The notes under the pieces: model-generated
Databases searched by the model: none
The model's input: the letters and a program-made list of their open reading frames with translations, nothing else
Told to the model about the DNA's origin: nothing
Assembly (NCBI RefSeq): GCF_004010195.1
Contig: NC_057749.1
Coordinates: 12,392,591-12,456,590 of the forward strand
DNA length: 64,000 nt
Direction of reading: 5' to 3'
Source: Chiloscyllium plagiosum
Lineage: Eukaryota
Translations under genes and position numbers: made by a program
Shown: one piece after another, positions 27,258-39,916 of the stretch
Numbering within the stretch: position 1 is the stretch's first letter
How the letters are laid out: the number at the start of each line of letters is the position of its first letter

Positions 27258-27541
27258 GATTAGATTCCCAACAGTGTGGAAACAGACCCTTCGGCCCTAC
27301 AAGTCCACACCGGCCCTCCAAAGAGTAACCCACCCAGACCCATTTCCCTCTGACTAATGCACCTAACACTACGGACAATTTAGCATGACCAATTCACCTG
27401 GCTGCACATCTTTGGATTGTGTGTGGAAACCAGAGCACCCGGAGGAAACCCATGCAGACACGGGGAGAATGTGCAAACTCCACACAGACAGTTGCCCGAA
27501 GCTGTGAGGCTGCAGTGCTAACCACTGAGCCACCGTGCTGC
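27258..27541 (-). mobile_element. tRNA-derived HE1/V-type SINE
   Basis: Reverse complement begins ggcagcacggtggctcagtggttagcactgcagcctcacag (A box), has the V-domain gtgtggagtttgcacattctccccgtgtctgc and an (aatct)n tail. Confidence 0.9.
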
Positions 27542-27969
27542 CTGTTGTAAGTAATCACACTAAGCTAATGTCTGGACTTAACACAGAAGTAACCTGGCTA
27601 GGCCTGGTTAGATTCTGTAATTTGTTTCTGAGCCCAAGTATAGAGTTCCATTGCTTCAGATGTTTGCATTGGTTCTGTGATTTAAATTCCTCCAGGAACA
27701 GTGAGGGAACCCAGGCTGTGAAATGGCTTGATCCTGTTGGTTTCGTTATTTGCTGCTTGAGGAGGCAGAGCAATGACTGACTCAGAAATTGGAGCCTGCT
27801 AATAGGCAGCCCAGGCAGATCCTTAGTGCAAGTGGAGAGGTGAATGTAGGGACCAGTTCACTAAGTAGGAGAGAGAAGGAAATTTGTGGAAGGATTTGGG
27901 TAAATAAGAAGTGATAGCAGGCAGAAGTTTATTGATTGTGAGGCTCGATTCTCCATTTACATGGAGCAA

Positions 27970-28350
27970 AAAATAACAGGTGTCTGTACAGCACATTTAA
28001 CATGGTGAAATGTCCTGGTGTGCTTCACAGGAACATTATTAAGCAAAGTATGACATCTAGTTAAATAAAGAATTAAGGTGGGTGAACAATAGCTTGGTTA
28101 AAAAGATTGGTTTTATGGAGAGTCTTAAAAGGAGGAAAGTGCGGTACAGGCAGAGAGGTTTAAGGATGAAGTTTCAGACCTTAGGGCCTTAGCAACCGAA
28201 GACACGGTTACCACTGATAGTCTAAAATCAGTGATGCTCAGGAAACCAGAATTAGAAGATTGCAGATACCTCGGTGGGTTGTGAGCTGCAGGACACTACG
28301 TCATTTCAGACGGGTGAGGCTATGGAGGGAGATTTAAATAATAAGAATTT
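27970..28350 (-). mobile_element. Old L2 3' end fragment
   Basis: tacagcacatttaacatggtgaaatgtcc...gcttcacagga...gtcttaaaaggaggaaag; related pieces at ~24835-24900, ~44120-44700 and ~45645-45830. Confidence 0.55.
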
Positions 28351-28359
28351 TATCTTGTT

Positions 28360-28830
28360 ATCTAAATGGGGAGAAACTTCAGAGTGCTTTGGTGGGATCT
28401 GGGTGTCCTTTTGCATGAATTACAGAAAACTAGTATGCAGTACAGCAAGTAATTAGGAAGGCAAATAGAATTTTGGCATTTTTTTGCAAAAGGAATAGAG
28501 TGTAAAAGAAACAGTGTAAAAGAATGGAAGTTTTGCTATAACAGAACACTGCACTAGTGAGACTGCACCTGAAGTATTGTGGATAATTTTGGTCCCCTTG
28601 AGGAGGGATGTAATTGTATTGGAGGCAGTTCAAAGAGGTTCACTAGATTGATTCCAAAGATGGTAGGTTTGTCTTATGAAGAAAGATTGAGTAGTTTAGG
28701 CCTAAACTCTCAGGTTCAGAAGAATTAAAAGAGATGTTATTGAGGTATATTAATAGCTAAATTATATTGACAAAGCCTACATGAAGTGTTTCCTCACATG
28801 GGCCAATCTCAAATGAAGAGATGGGTCTCT
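28360..28830 (+). mobile_element. Old CR1 RT 3' fragment
   Basis: attaggaaggcaaatagaattttggc...gtgagactgcacctgaagtattgt...ttttggtcccc...ggttcactagattgattcc. Confidence 0.75.
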
Positions 28831-29823
28831 GAGATGAGGTGAGCTCAGAAAGCAAGGCAGGAGAAAGGCAAATTTCAAAACCATGTAAATTCATGATTAT
28901 GGTTAGAGGTGTATAACAGGAGGTTTAGCCAGGTGGTCGAATGGAAGCAAAGGTCACCAATAGAGCGAGCTGATTCAATTGTCTCAATCTTAATGACAAA
29001 AAGGAATGATGCTATTACTGGTGTCTGTATTTTCAGTATCTCGGCCCTAAACTCTGGAATTCCCTCTCCACTTCTCTTCTCCTACAGGACACACTTGACT
29101 TTCTCTTTAACCAAGCCCTGATATGTTTTGTTTTGGTTTAGTGTCAGATTTTTTCCAGTTCTGGTCCTATTGAATTCCTCTATGTTCAAAGATCTGTATA
29201 AATTCTGTTGTGTGCTTTACAGCTTTTGATTCCAATTGGGGAAGTCGTGTTTTGCACAAAAAAAATTGACTACCCCACCAGTCCTTATGAGGAAGCTATT
29301 GCAGTGCTTGAATGCTTTAGAATTTGGCTTGTGGAATGAAATAGAAAGGAAGCTTGGGTGTTGGAGCAAGGGACACACAGTCCCAGGTCTGTTCAATCAT
29401 TTGATGCCTTGTTCAGTTTTGGTACTCTACACACCAGCCCCCGGGTTTATGCCTGGCCTGTGACTAATCTCATTTGGAGCCTCAATGGTTTTAGTCTGTG
29501 GAGGAGAAATCACTTTTGCAGCTAACTACTAACCAGTGAGTGCTGCTAAAAAGTGTGCATGTGGAAATATGAAACAACTGAGATTTAGGCCCTCCAGCAA
29601 GGACAGACTGACCCATGAAGATTGGGCACTTGGTGATGTTCTCACATCATTGAACTGTACCCTTTAATAATAACAGGGAAGACACAAAGGTCCATTAAAT
29701 TGCTTGAGCTGGTGTTAAAATGATTTGCTGTCACATGGGCCATCTGAGTTGTGGCCTCTACAGCAAAGAGCCACTAGCCCATCGGCAAATCTGAAATTAG
29801 TAGAAACAGGTAGAGAAACTGAA

Positions 29824-30230
29824 GGGGTGGCATGGTGACCTAGTGGTTAGCACTGCTGCCTCACGGTAGCGGGTACCGGGTTTGATTCCAGCCTTAGGCA
29901 GCGTGTCTGTGTGGAGTTTGCTTGTTCTCCCTGTGTCTCTGTGGGTTTCCACTGTGCTTCCTCCCACAGTCCCAAGATATGCAAGTTAGGTAGCTGACTG
30001 TGAACCAACAGCACTTAAAATTAGTTGATTTTCAGACACACACATGCACACACACACCAGTGCTCAATTATCCATGGTGTTCAGGGATGCTTAAGCGAGG
30101 TGTATTAGCCATGGGAAATGCAGGGTTACAGAGATTGAGTAAGGGGATGGATCTGGGATGCTCTCTGGAGGGTTGGTGTGGACTTGTTGGGCCGAATGGC
30201 TTGTTCCCACACTGTGGGGATTCTGTTCTA
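29824..30230 (+). mobile_element. HE1/V-type SINE with an internal inverted insertion
   Basis: gtggcatggtgacctagtggttagcactgctgcctcac, V-domain, and 3' gggccgaatggcttgttcccacactgtggggattct. Confidence 0.85.
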
Positions 30231-32086
30231 AAAAAGGTCTCACTGGGATTTCTTGTCTTATAGGGACCCTTGTTAAGGCTGCCAACAGAAATCTGTTTCT
30301 CTCTCATAGACAGGCTGAAATAACGAACAAAAAACAGTGAGAGAGACTGAAGTTGAGGTGTGTGTCTGAAAATCAGCTAATTTTAAGTGTTGTTTGTTCA
30401 CATTCAGCTATAGGCCCCTCCAGAAATCAGTCATTCATCCAGCTTTTGCTCTTGTTTTCTTTGGAAACACAGGCAGGCCTTTTGAACGATGCCAAGAGCC
30501 ACAGGCTGTGAGTTTATAACCTGGACACACGAGTCTCTCTGTGTGCGTGCTTCTCATGAAATGCCCATTTAGAAACCAGTGTGGAAAAAATTGCGTTTTG
30601 AGATCTTTTCAAATGCTGGGCAGCAATTAAGTAGTAAAGTGCTATTTATTTGAGATTGGCTGGCGGAAATGATCCTCAATACACTAATAAAGCAGTGAAG
30701 TAGATTAGCATATGACTTGGCTTTAGACATGTTTTGAGGAACTGTTACTTTATGAAGAAGAAAATATGTGAGGCCCTTGCAGTATTCCGTGTGAGGGAGG
30801 AATGTCTGGGTCGGCTGAATCTGGGTGGAAGGTCTTGGTTTGTGTTGGGAGTTTGAAGCTTTGTTTACAGCTGTGCAATTGTTTGAAGTTGCTGAAAGTT
30901 GGAACTTTTGGCAAATGCATTTTAAATCAACTCAAATTGTGAGCAGTTCAACGTGTACACTATAATTAAAAAATAGTTTTCGAGATGTGTGCTTAATTAG
31001 CTGACCAATATTGAAGGAGGGTTGGGCGGAGTAGATCATTCAGAGTTCCTGATCTCAGTGGCTGAAAACATTTGGCTGTTGAATGAAGACAGTATTGTGT
31101 TCAGCTCTGAACCTTTGTGGTTGAATGACTGGCTGATGTTGATGAATTGCTATTTGAATCGTAGTACAAGATTGCTACCTTCTAGTCCAGTATCTCAAGA
31201 AATGGGCAGGACGTTTGGAATGGACTTGGATAGAAATTGACATTTAAAATGTTTTGGAATCAAGTTGGCATCATCCTGATAGAGGCTGTGAATCAGCTGC
31301 ACAAAGTTATTGGAGTTTAACTGATTTTCAAGGAAGGATAATGAATCTTAGAGAAGTTTGCATGATTTGCACAAACTTGTTTTAAGTCAACATTGCAGCA
31401 GAAGCATCTTATGCAGAATCCTTAAAATAATTTTAATCTTGACAACAAGAAGTTTTTCAAAAACAATTTACACATATAAATATTCTCTGTTTCTCCCACA
31501 ATCCCTGTTCTCTTTCTCTTTGACCATTGGATTTTTTTTGGAGGTCTATTACGTAAACTGCAGAGATTGTTCTGCAGGTTATAGAGGCCTGTTTCTCAAC
31601 TATAGAGGCCTGTTTCTCAACAGCTTAAATGTTACTAGATGTGTAACAGTATAGTCACTGTTTATTCAGGTGAGGGCGTCTTACTGTCTGACTATGCACA
31701 ACACTATTTTCCCACCAGGGTAAGGCATCTATATGCCCCATTGTAGAGTGCAGTCAGGATCTTGTTGTGGAAGACTGTGGATAAATACATTACATGTATT
31801 AGTTGCTGATTTGTTGAAGATAGCTGTGGTGGGAATATTACCTGTGTGGTTTTCCAGAAAATACAAAGATTGGTTGAGAGACAACTCTAATTACAGGGCA
31901 TTGCTGCGTTATGCTCTCGTACAGTTGGACAGGCTGTGGAACTAGTGGGATTTGTGCTGTTGCCCTTATCGTGTGGAACATGAAATGTAGATACTGGAGG
32001 TGTGTGGGGGTTTAGAAGGGAGTGAGATTGCTTTTCCTGGAAACCATTCCCTTACAAATTATCATATTTAATGCAGCTTTTTGAAA

Positions 32087-32222
32087 TCAAAAGTCACATG
32101 ACGCTAGGTTATGGTGCTGCTCCGAAAGCTTGAGATTTTACTTAAATCTGTTGAACTATAACCTGGTGTTGTGTGACTTTTGACTTAGTCCACTCCAGTC
32201 CAACACTGGCGGCTCCACATCA
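32087..32222 (+). mobile_element. Penelope-derived fold-back fragment (same subfamily as 37989-38226)
   Basis: tcaaaagtcacatgacgctaggttat...gctccgaaagct...ataacctggtgttgtgtgacttttga. Confidence 0.7.
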
Positions 32223-32418
32223 CGGGCCTTTTGAAAACATTGTTGTATTTTTGCAATGATCCTATTTTGTCTGGTTGACCCAGAAGAGGGAGGGATGTTA
32301 TTGCCGTTGCATGTTGTAACATGGGCAAGCAGAAATGTTATCCTTGCAGCTGATGTGCATGAGAGTTGCAGGCGAAGGAGAACAAAATGTGAACAAGGCT
32401 GGGTCTGATGAAAGCATG

Positions 32419-32596
32419 AGCTGAAAATGTGTTGCTGGAAAAGCGCAGCAGGTCAGGCAGCATCCAGGGAACAGGAGAATCGACGTTTCGGGCATAAGCC
32501 CTTCTCCTGTTCCCTGGATGCTGCCTGACCTGCTGTGCTTTTCCAGCAACACATTTTCAGCTCTGATCTCCAGCATCTGCAGACCTCACTTTCTCC
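32419..32596 (+). mobile_element. Penelope-derived fold-back mini-element, 14-15 bp TSD
   Basis: tctgatgaaagcat(g) at 32404 and 32597. Inverted arms 32418-32479 and 32502-32563. The centre retains half a hammerhead (minus strand GAAGGGC-TTAT-GCCC-GAAAC-GTC). Confidence 0.88.
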
Positions 32597-34559
32597 TCTG
32601 ATGAAAGCATGTTGGCCTCTTGGGAATAGGAGGCTGGATTGGCTGAGCTTTATTTTTGTTAAGTAAAATTGCTATTCCAAGAAACAGATCTTCTGTTTAA
32701 TTTGTTTCATTATTCAATCATAAAAACTTAATTTGTTTTAAATAAAAAATCTGGTGGTGTAGGTGCTGAATGTAAACTGGACCTGGAGTAATTTGGGAAA
32801 TTCAGCCATGTGCCTCTTACACATTTAGTCAGTTTTATTTTATTGGTACCCACAAAGAAGCTGTCTTTTAACTAAATAGGACTTTTTCTTTTTCAATGAC
32901 ATTGCTGTTTGCTTGGGTATTGTTGCATGTTTCAGTGAGAGCTCCCTGGATGGAGCCTTGCCTGGGGCCTGGTTATAGTGTCACAATGGCTGGTACATTC
33001 ACTGACTGATGCAGAGGCTGAGTGAGGATCTGTGTGTCTGACATTTGAGCAAGGTTTCAGGATGGCAGCTGCTCTTTGCAACTTGTTTGAGAATCTCTCC
33101 CTTTGCTATGTCATTGTGTAAACCCAATCCCTGCGATAAGCATCTGTTCGGCTATTTATTGTTCATTCCTTAGGGCTGCACCCGCTGTTCCTCCTGAGAT
33201 TAACAGGAACCTAGTGCCTTGTTACTCTGCTGGCTTTTCGGATGATAGATTCCTAGATGACAAATGCAGCGAATCCGACTGTGGTAACCTAGTAACTACA
33301 TCCATTAATGACCTGACAATTCCTAACCTTTGACCTGGCCTCTTGGGAATATACAATGGTACTGGACTGTTAGTTGGGTTGTCATTTATTACAGAGCCAG
33401 GAAGAGAACTGATGATATAACCTCTGTCAGCCTCAAGTCCTGCCCTTTCCACTGAGGCAATGCATATTAAAGCATGAGAGAAACAAGGAAATATACAGAG
33501 GGTCTGTGTATTTGTAGCATGGAAAAGTGGCAATGTTATCCTTGCAGCTGATGTGCATGGGAGGTGCAGGCGAATGAGAACAAAATGTGAGCAAAGCTAG
33601 GTCAGGTAAAGGAATGTTGGCCTCTTGGAAATGGAGACTGGATTGAGTGAGCTTTATTTTCTTCAAATAGAATTGGTATTCCAGGAAACTGGTCCATATC
33701 TTCCCCCTCTCTGCTGACCACAGAGTGTCTATGAGCCCCCTCTCTGCTGACCACAGTGTCTGTTAAAGGAGGGGACTTTTTCACAGTCCTTTCGGCGTTT
33801 GGTGATGATATGATATTGTTGCTAACTGTAGAGTAATAGCAGTTCTACAATTTGGTAGCCGGTCATTTGCACTTAGGTCTTTGCTTGTGTTAGAAGTTCT
33901 TCTTTTTAGAGTCTTTTTCTCACTTGTAGAGGATAAGAAAGAGTGAAACCTGCATTCTTTTTAAACCCTGAGTTGGAGAGAAAGAGAGCAACCTGTCTTT
34001 GCTTGCAGGCCTCTTGGAGGTCTGAGTTCAACTGCCTTCCCACAACAGTGACAAACTGCAACTTAAAGAAGATCCAATGGCTACTGTTGGACAGATTTTC
34101 AATTCAAAGGCACCCGCTGATTGCTTGTCTCAGAAAGTATTAAATTCAGCTTCTCAAAATGTTACATGACCTTGTGAAATCAATCAGGGATGCCACACAA
34201 TTCCAGGTCTGATCTTCAGTTTGCCCAAAAAAAGCTAAGAAAAGGTAGAGAGAATGCTGGAAAAACCCAGCAGCTCTGGCGGCATCTGTGGAGAGAGAAA
34301 CAGAATTAACATTTCAAATCTGGTATGACTTCATCAGAACAAAGAGACACATCTGGTACATTCTTTGCAATCCAGCAGTGTTCAAATGTCTATTTTCGTC
34401 AGTTAATACTTCTGAAGGATATGTACTTGTACACTTTAAAGAGCTTTTCTGTTTAATTGGTTCTGTGATTGGGGAGGGGTTACTTGCTTAATGAAGATGT
34501 GAATTCAAGCCAACTACACAACTGAAGCAAGTGGTCGGGAGGTTACAGTCAGGAAGTCT

Positions 34560-34945
34560 TTCAATTGTGTGAAGAGGTTACGTAATTTGGGGTGACTGAG
34601 GGGAAGGAGATACCTAGTTGGGGAGATGAGGGTTATGTGATTGAGGTCGGGGAGCAGTTATGCTGTTCGGTTTGGTGTGGGAAATGAGTGGGAGTTATAA
34701 TGGGCAGTAGGAATAGGATTTACATGCTGGAGGAGGGAGGTACATATTGGAAGGGATTTACACGGGTGGGAGAAGGGGGAGGATTTTGCACAATGAAGAA
34801 GGGATTAAGCTATTGGGGAGAGGGTTACATGGTGCAAGGGGGTTAGGCGATTACACAGTGGGAAAGGGGTATTACATGGAGGTGGAGGGAAGGGGGTTTT
34901 AATTGATTAGGGATAAATTACACAGTTTGAGGTGGAGAGAAGCTG
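34560..34945. repeat. G/purine-rich degenerate repeat tract (ggggagggttaca-like)
   Basis: Many G3-G5 runs with recurring ttaca spacers. Confidence 0.55.
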
Positions 34946-35394
34946 ATTTCAGTTTGTAGAGCATGAGGACAATTCTGTTCTGAGTCACTGACAATAATTT
35001 TCTGACCACTGGGTTCCTTCGGCCAGTTGACTTCAACTCATGTCCTTTTAACCAGTTGCCATGTTGTGGGAAGAGAAGAGATCAACAATGTTGGCCCTGG
35101 CTCAGTAATGGACCCGTAGTGGTATGTGCAGATAACCAGGAACTGTTGCCGGCAGGAGAAGCTTTGGTTAATTTTCCTTCACTTCAGTGCAGAACGTCAT
35201 GAATTATGAATGACTCTGAGACTGCCCAAGTATCCTGCTGGTCTCTGCAGCTGATTAGCCGCCAGCAAGTAGGCTGTGGATGTTTGAAAAGTGAAAGGCT
35301 TGGTGTGATTTAAGCTACAGGACTGAGACTGAACATTGTCCTTCGGTTGCCTCTTAAACGCAAGGCATCTTTGTTTAATATCTACAGGTCTCCT

Positions 35395-35735
35395 GGGGAG
35401 CCATGATGGCTCAGTGGTTAGCATTGCTGCCTCACAGTGCCTGGGACCTGGGTTCAATTCCACATTCCTGTGTGTCTGTGTGAAGTTTGCACATTCTCTA
35501 CATGTCTGTGTTTCCTCCCACAATCTATAGATGTGCAGGTTAGGTGGATTGGCCATTCTAAATTGCCCCATATAGTCCAGGGATGTGCAGATTAGGTAGG
35601 TTAGCCATAAGAAATGCAGGGTTACATGGACATGGAAGGGGATTGGTCCTGATTGGGATGCTCTTTGGACAGTCGATGGGGACTTGATGAGCCTAATGGC
35701 TTGCTTCCATACTATACGGAGTCTGTGATTCTATA
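35395..35735 (+). mobile_element. HE1/V-type SINE (older)
   Basis: tggctcagtggttagcattgctgcctcacagtgc...gggttcaattcc (A and B boxes) plus V-domain. Confidence 0.85.
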
Positions 35736-36184
35736 AATATAAACAATGAAGGAATTACCTAAATAAGTGTTTAAGAAGATTGGAGTAGATAATGTAGATG
35801 AGGGAAATTATTTCTTCAAGGAGGTAGGAGCATTCCTGAACAATGAGGTGTTAACCTTAAAATTAGAACTACATGTTCAGGACTCTTGTGCTGTGGTAGT
35901 GTCCCTAACTAAGCCAAAAATCTGTTTTCAAGTCTCACCCAGTCCAGAGGTGTGGCTCAAGTTGAACAAGTTGATTAAAATACCTAGAATTAGACATTGA
36001 TCAGGTTGATGTCAGGAAGCACAGCTTTGCCTCCACAATAGTGGAAATCTCAGAAGGCTGTTGAGACAGAGAGTCATTTGAAAATTTCAAAACTAAGATG
36101 GATGATTTTATGTTAGGTAAGGTTAGTGGATGGAATTAAGTTACAGATCAACCTTGATTTAATTAATGTTGGAACAAGGCCTAT

Positions 36185-36446
36185 GGGCGGCACGGTGGCA
36201 CAGTGGTTAGCACTGCTGCCTCACAGCGCCAGAGACCCGGGTTCAATTCCCGCCTCAGGCGACTGACTGTGTGGAGTTTACACGTTCTCCCGTGTCTGCG
36301 TGGGTTTCCTCTGGGTGCTCCGGTTTCCTCCCACAGTCCAAAGATGTGCAGGGTCAGGTGAATTGGCCATAATAAATTGCCCGTAGTGTTAGGTAAGGGG
36401 TAAATGTAGGGGTATGGGTGGGAGTAATCTAATCTAATCTAATCTA
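36185..36446 (+). mobile_element. Young HE1/V-type SINE
   Basis: gggcggcacggtggcacagtggttagc (A box), gggttcaattccc (B box), CpGs retained, (aatct)4 tail, flanked by aaggccta/aagcccta (TSD-like). Confidence 0.93.
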
Positions 36447-37988
36447 AAAAGCCCTAGGAGTTGAACAGTGTCCTCCTGTTTCTAAGAGATGTTGCGATGA
36501 GTAGAGGGCTCATCATGTGATTTCAGTAAGACTTTAATATTGTTTGTTAAAATTGGTGCTATTCAGGAGCGAAATGAGGAAACATTTCACAAAAGGGGGA
36601 TGGAAATTTGGAAGTTTTTTTCTCCAAAGGGCTATGATTGCTGCAACAATTGGAATCTTTCAAAACTAGGATTTTGATCAGATTTAAATGTTATTTGAGA
36701 CAGGAGCAGGGTATGAGGCATGCCTTGGAACCTGCTGTGTTGCTCAGTTAGATCACCACCTTAACTCAATTTACCAGCCTTTGTTCCATATCTTATGTTG
36801 CCCTTAGTGAATAAAGATCAAAGTGTCCTGATTTCATTCAGTAGCTGATCACTAATCTTAAGGTAGTCTCCCAATTCTGGATTCCTCCCCTGGTGAAAAG
36901 AGGTTGTCTATATATAACCTGGTAAATTCATCAGTAACATTTAAAAAGACCTCAATCAAATATACTTCAATATCTGAAATTCAGCAAAATTCCCTCATAA
37001 TTTAACCCAGAATATTATTTTGAGGAATTTACATTGTACCCTTTCCAAGGTTAATATATCCTGCCTAAGATGTGTTAACTGTTAGTCTGAGTTTTGACTA
37101 GAGTTCTGTGCAACTCTCACAGTGCTTAATATCCAAGATTCCTTGAGATAAAGGCCATTGTTTAATTATGAGTTTGTTTCTTTTAAACTTGTTTTTATAT
37201 TATTTTGTTTAATTTATTTACTAGTTTTTAATGATGTTTAGGAGGTCATTTAGTGCAGTGGAAGTGTCCCTACCTCTGAGCTAGATGTTTCAGGTTTGAA
37301 TCCCACTCTAGCACTTGTTGCCCAAGGAGGTCAAGTTTATAATGTGTTCAGACAGGTTGAGTATCAAATTGAAAATCCTTCTAAAATACTCCAATTTCCC
37401 ACACTGGACCAAACAGTCTAACTGCGCCCCAACCTCAATCGCATAACCCTCATTTCCTCAACTGGATATGCCCTCCCCCATTAGTCACCCCAAATAATGT
37501 AACCTCTTCACACAATTGAGAGAGTTCCTGACTGGAAATAAATTGCAGCTCCTTCCATTGCAATCTGTAGCTCCCTACAACAATGCGCCTGTAAAATTGT
37601 TTGTTGCAACAATGGCTTGGGTCCTATGGGGGCACAATTAGCTGGATGGCTGGTTTTAATCAGATTAGTGCCAATAATTCCATTTTGAGATTTGATCTCC
37701 ATTTGGGCCAGGATGGATTTGGGACCTACTTCCTTGCTCTCCCTGTCCTGGATGTTATGGCACTGTGGGTTGGACCTGCCATTGGAAGTAGTGCTGAAAA
37801 ATAAGTCATGCATATATGAACGTCCAAATCTTTTCTCCTCCATAATGGGTAGTTTCTCACTGTTGCTCACTAGAGGTTACTCCAATTTATATTTCTCTGG
37901 ATATCAGACTTGCCTAAATTGAGTGCTGTCTGCCACACCGTCTTGGCCATTTATGGTTCAACACGTTACAACTGTCAGCTTTAATCAA

Positions 37989-38226
37989 GATGTGGAAGAC
38001 ACCGTGCTGGACTAAGGTGGACAAAGTTAAAAATCACACAACTCCAGGTTACAGTCCAACAGGTTTATTTGGAAGCACTAGGTTTCGGAGCACTGCTCCT
38101 TCATCAGGTGGTTGTGATGAAGGAGCAGCGCCTTCTTTATCAATCACCCGATGAAGGAGCAGCGCTCCGAAAGCTAGTGCTTCCAAATAAACCTGTTGGA
38201 CTATAACCTGGTGTTGTGTGATTTTT
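37989..38226. mobile_element. Penelope-derived fold-back mini-element with two opposed hammerhead motifs, 12-bp TSD
   Basis: agctttaatcaa at 37977-37988 and 38227-38238. Inverted arms with hammerhead motifs at 38076-38110 (-) and 38145-38179 (+). Confidence 0.88.
38145..38179 (+). ncRNA. Minimal type I hammerhead ribozyme motif (U4C variant)
   Basis: CAC-CCGAUGA-A-GGAGC-AGC-GCUCC-GAAAGC-UA-GUG. The opposite-strand copy at 38076-38110 keeps CUGAUGA but has GAAACCUA. Confidence 0.7.
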
Positions 38227-38699
38227 AGCTTTAATCAATATTACTTAAAGCTCTTCACTGTCATGTATAACCTTGAATGCTATTGTCTATTCCATCAACA
38301 TAAAAGCAATATACTGTGGATGCCAAAAACTGAAAATAAAAACTGAGAATCCTGGCAATACTTGGTGGGTCTGTCAATATCTGTGAGCAGAGAAACAGAG
38401 TAAGTCTTTCAAACAATGTTTCTGAGCATTGCAGGACCTTCTGGCTTTATTTAGATGGAAAGCTGAGAACCCAGAGCCTGAGGGAGTACCACATGTCACA
38501 TCCCCACCAATCAGAGACTATGGCCCCTTTAATTTCATTATCTGTTTCCTGTTTCAAAGCCAATCATCAGCCCAAGGGCCTCTGTGAAAAATCCCTCCTG
38601 AACATAACTTCGCTGCAAAACACTTCAGGATGTCCTGCAGTGAAAGAGTCTATGCAAGTGCATGCTTTGTTTTTTTTTTGCTATCTTTCATTTTACATT

Positions 38700-39420
38700 T
38701 AATCATTGACTGGCCAAATTAGCATTTCTTGCCCATTCTTAATTGCTGTGGAGAAGCCAATGGTGAGCTGCCTTCCTGAATTGTTGCAATTCTTTGAGTG
38801 TATTTACATCCACAAAGCTGTCAGGGAGGGAGTTCTAAGTCAGGATGGTCTGTGACTTGGAGGAGATCTTGCTGGTCGTGGTAGAGGACACAGGTTTAGA
38901 AGGTGTTGTTGAAGGAGCCTTGCTGAGTTACTGCAAAATGTCTTGGAGATGGCACACTGCTGCCATGGTGGTAGAGGGAATGAATGTTCAAAGTGGGGGA
39001 TGGGGTGCCAATCAAGTGGGTTGCTTTATCCTGGATTTCATTGTGCATCTTGAGTGTTATAGAAACATAGAATATATGTTGCAGCAGCTTAAATCCAGGC
39101 AAGTGGCAAGTTTTCTGTCATGCCCCTGACCTATGTCTTATTAAATAGTAATAAGCATGAGGCAGACAAGAGCTGGTTACATGCCACAGATGTGTGTAAT
39201 CTCTGACCTGCTGTTGAAGTCACAGTATTTATATGGCTGGTTTCTTTCAGCTTCTGGTTCATGGTAATCCCAGGATGTTGGTAGTGGGGAATCAATGATA
39301 GTAAGGCCATTCAATGTCGAGGGGCGATGGTTATATTCTTTTGTTGAAGTTGGTCATTGTGTGCAGTAACAGGAGATTGTAGAGAACAGACCTAATCTTT
39401 GAACCACTGGATATTGTTCT
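38700..39420 (-). mobile_element. Ancient LINE (CR1/jockey-group) RT 3' fragment
   Basis: Minus ORF IQDKATHLIGTPSPTLNIHSLYH resembles non-LTR RT C-termini; shares its end with the repeat at 6520-6830. Confidence 0.55.
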
Positions 39421-39916
39421 AGATTTTGCTTGCCACAAAGTGGACATGAGAAAGAAGTTCAGAAATCAGATCAGGTGTAGCTCCGGACCCCAAGAGAGAA
39501 GGATATAGTCCACATCCACAGAGAAAAGAGAAATCTTTCAGCTATCAGACCCCCTTGGACTTCGTTGCAAATTCAGCTCTATGGGCCAGTTAGTGTTTCA
39601 CGGCTCTGTGCCATAATGATCATAAAATGCATATCCTCTTGACTCCACTGGCTGCTTCCCAGCTCTGTTGGTAATTCTCGGCTATCAGTACTGAGTGACA
39701 TTATAACTCCAATCTAGTATGAAATTTTCAGTGGAATTAAACTCTATTGATCAACAGTTGAGCAAATCACATTGTCAGTTCCTATTAATTTTCCCTATTT
39801 TGTGACTAGTATGCTGGTGGTTCCAGATGCCATGAATCACTTGCAGGTGACTTTCTTAGAATTAGGAGACTAATCAAAGACTTATTCCCCTTTCAAACAC
39901 TTTTCTGTAGGTGCTG

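Noticed and set aside
31580..31621. 21-bp tandem duplication (also a ~28-bp duplication at ~33702-33761)
   Set aside because: Ordinary slippage duplications with no sign of function.
32404..32417. CTGATGA in the TSD as a further hammerhead core
   Set aside because: No stem II/GAAA arrangement follows, and the paralogous empty site has a different sequence of equal length, so it is a coincidence.
36185..36260. tRNA-like sequence with A and B boxes
   Set aside because: It is the head of a SINE (continues into the V-domain and an (aatct)n tail, with several copies in the window), not a tRNA gene.
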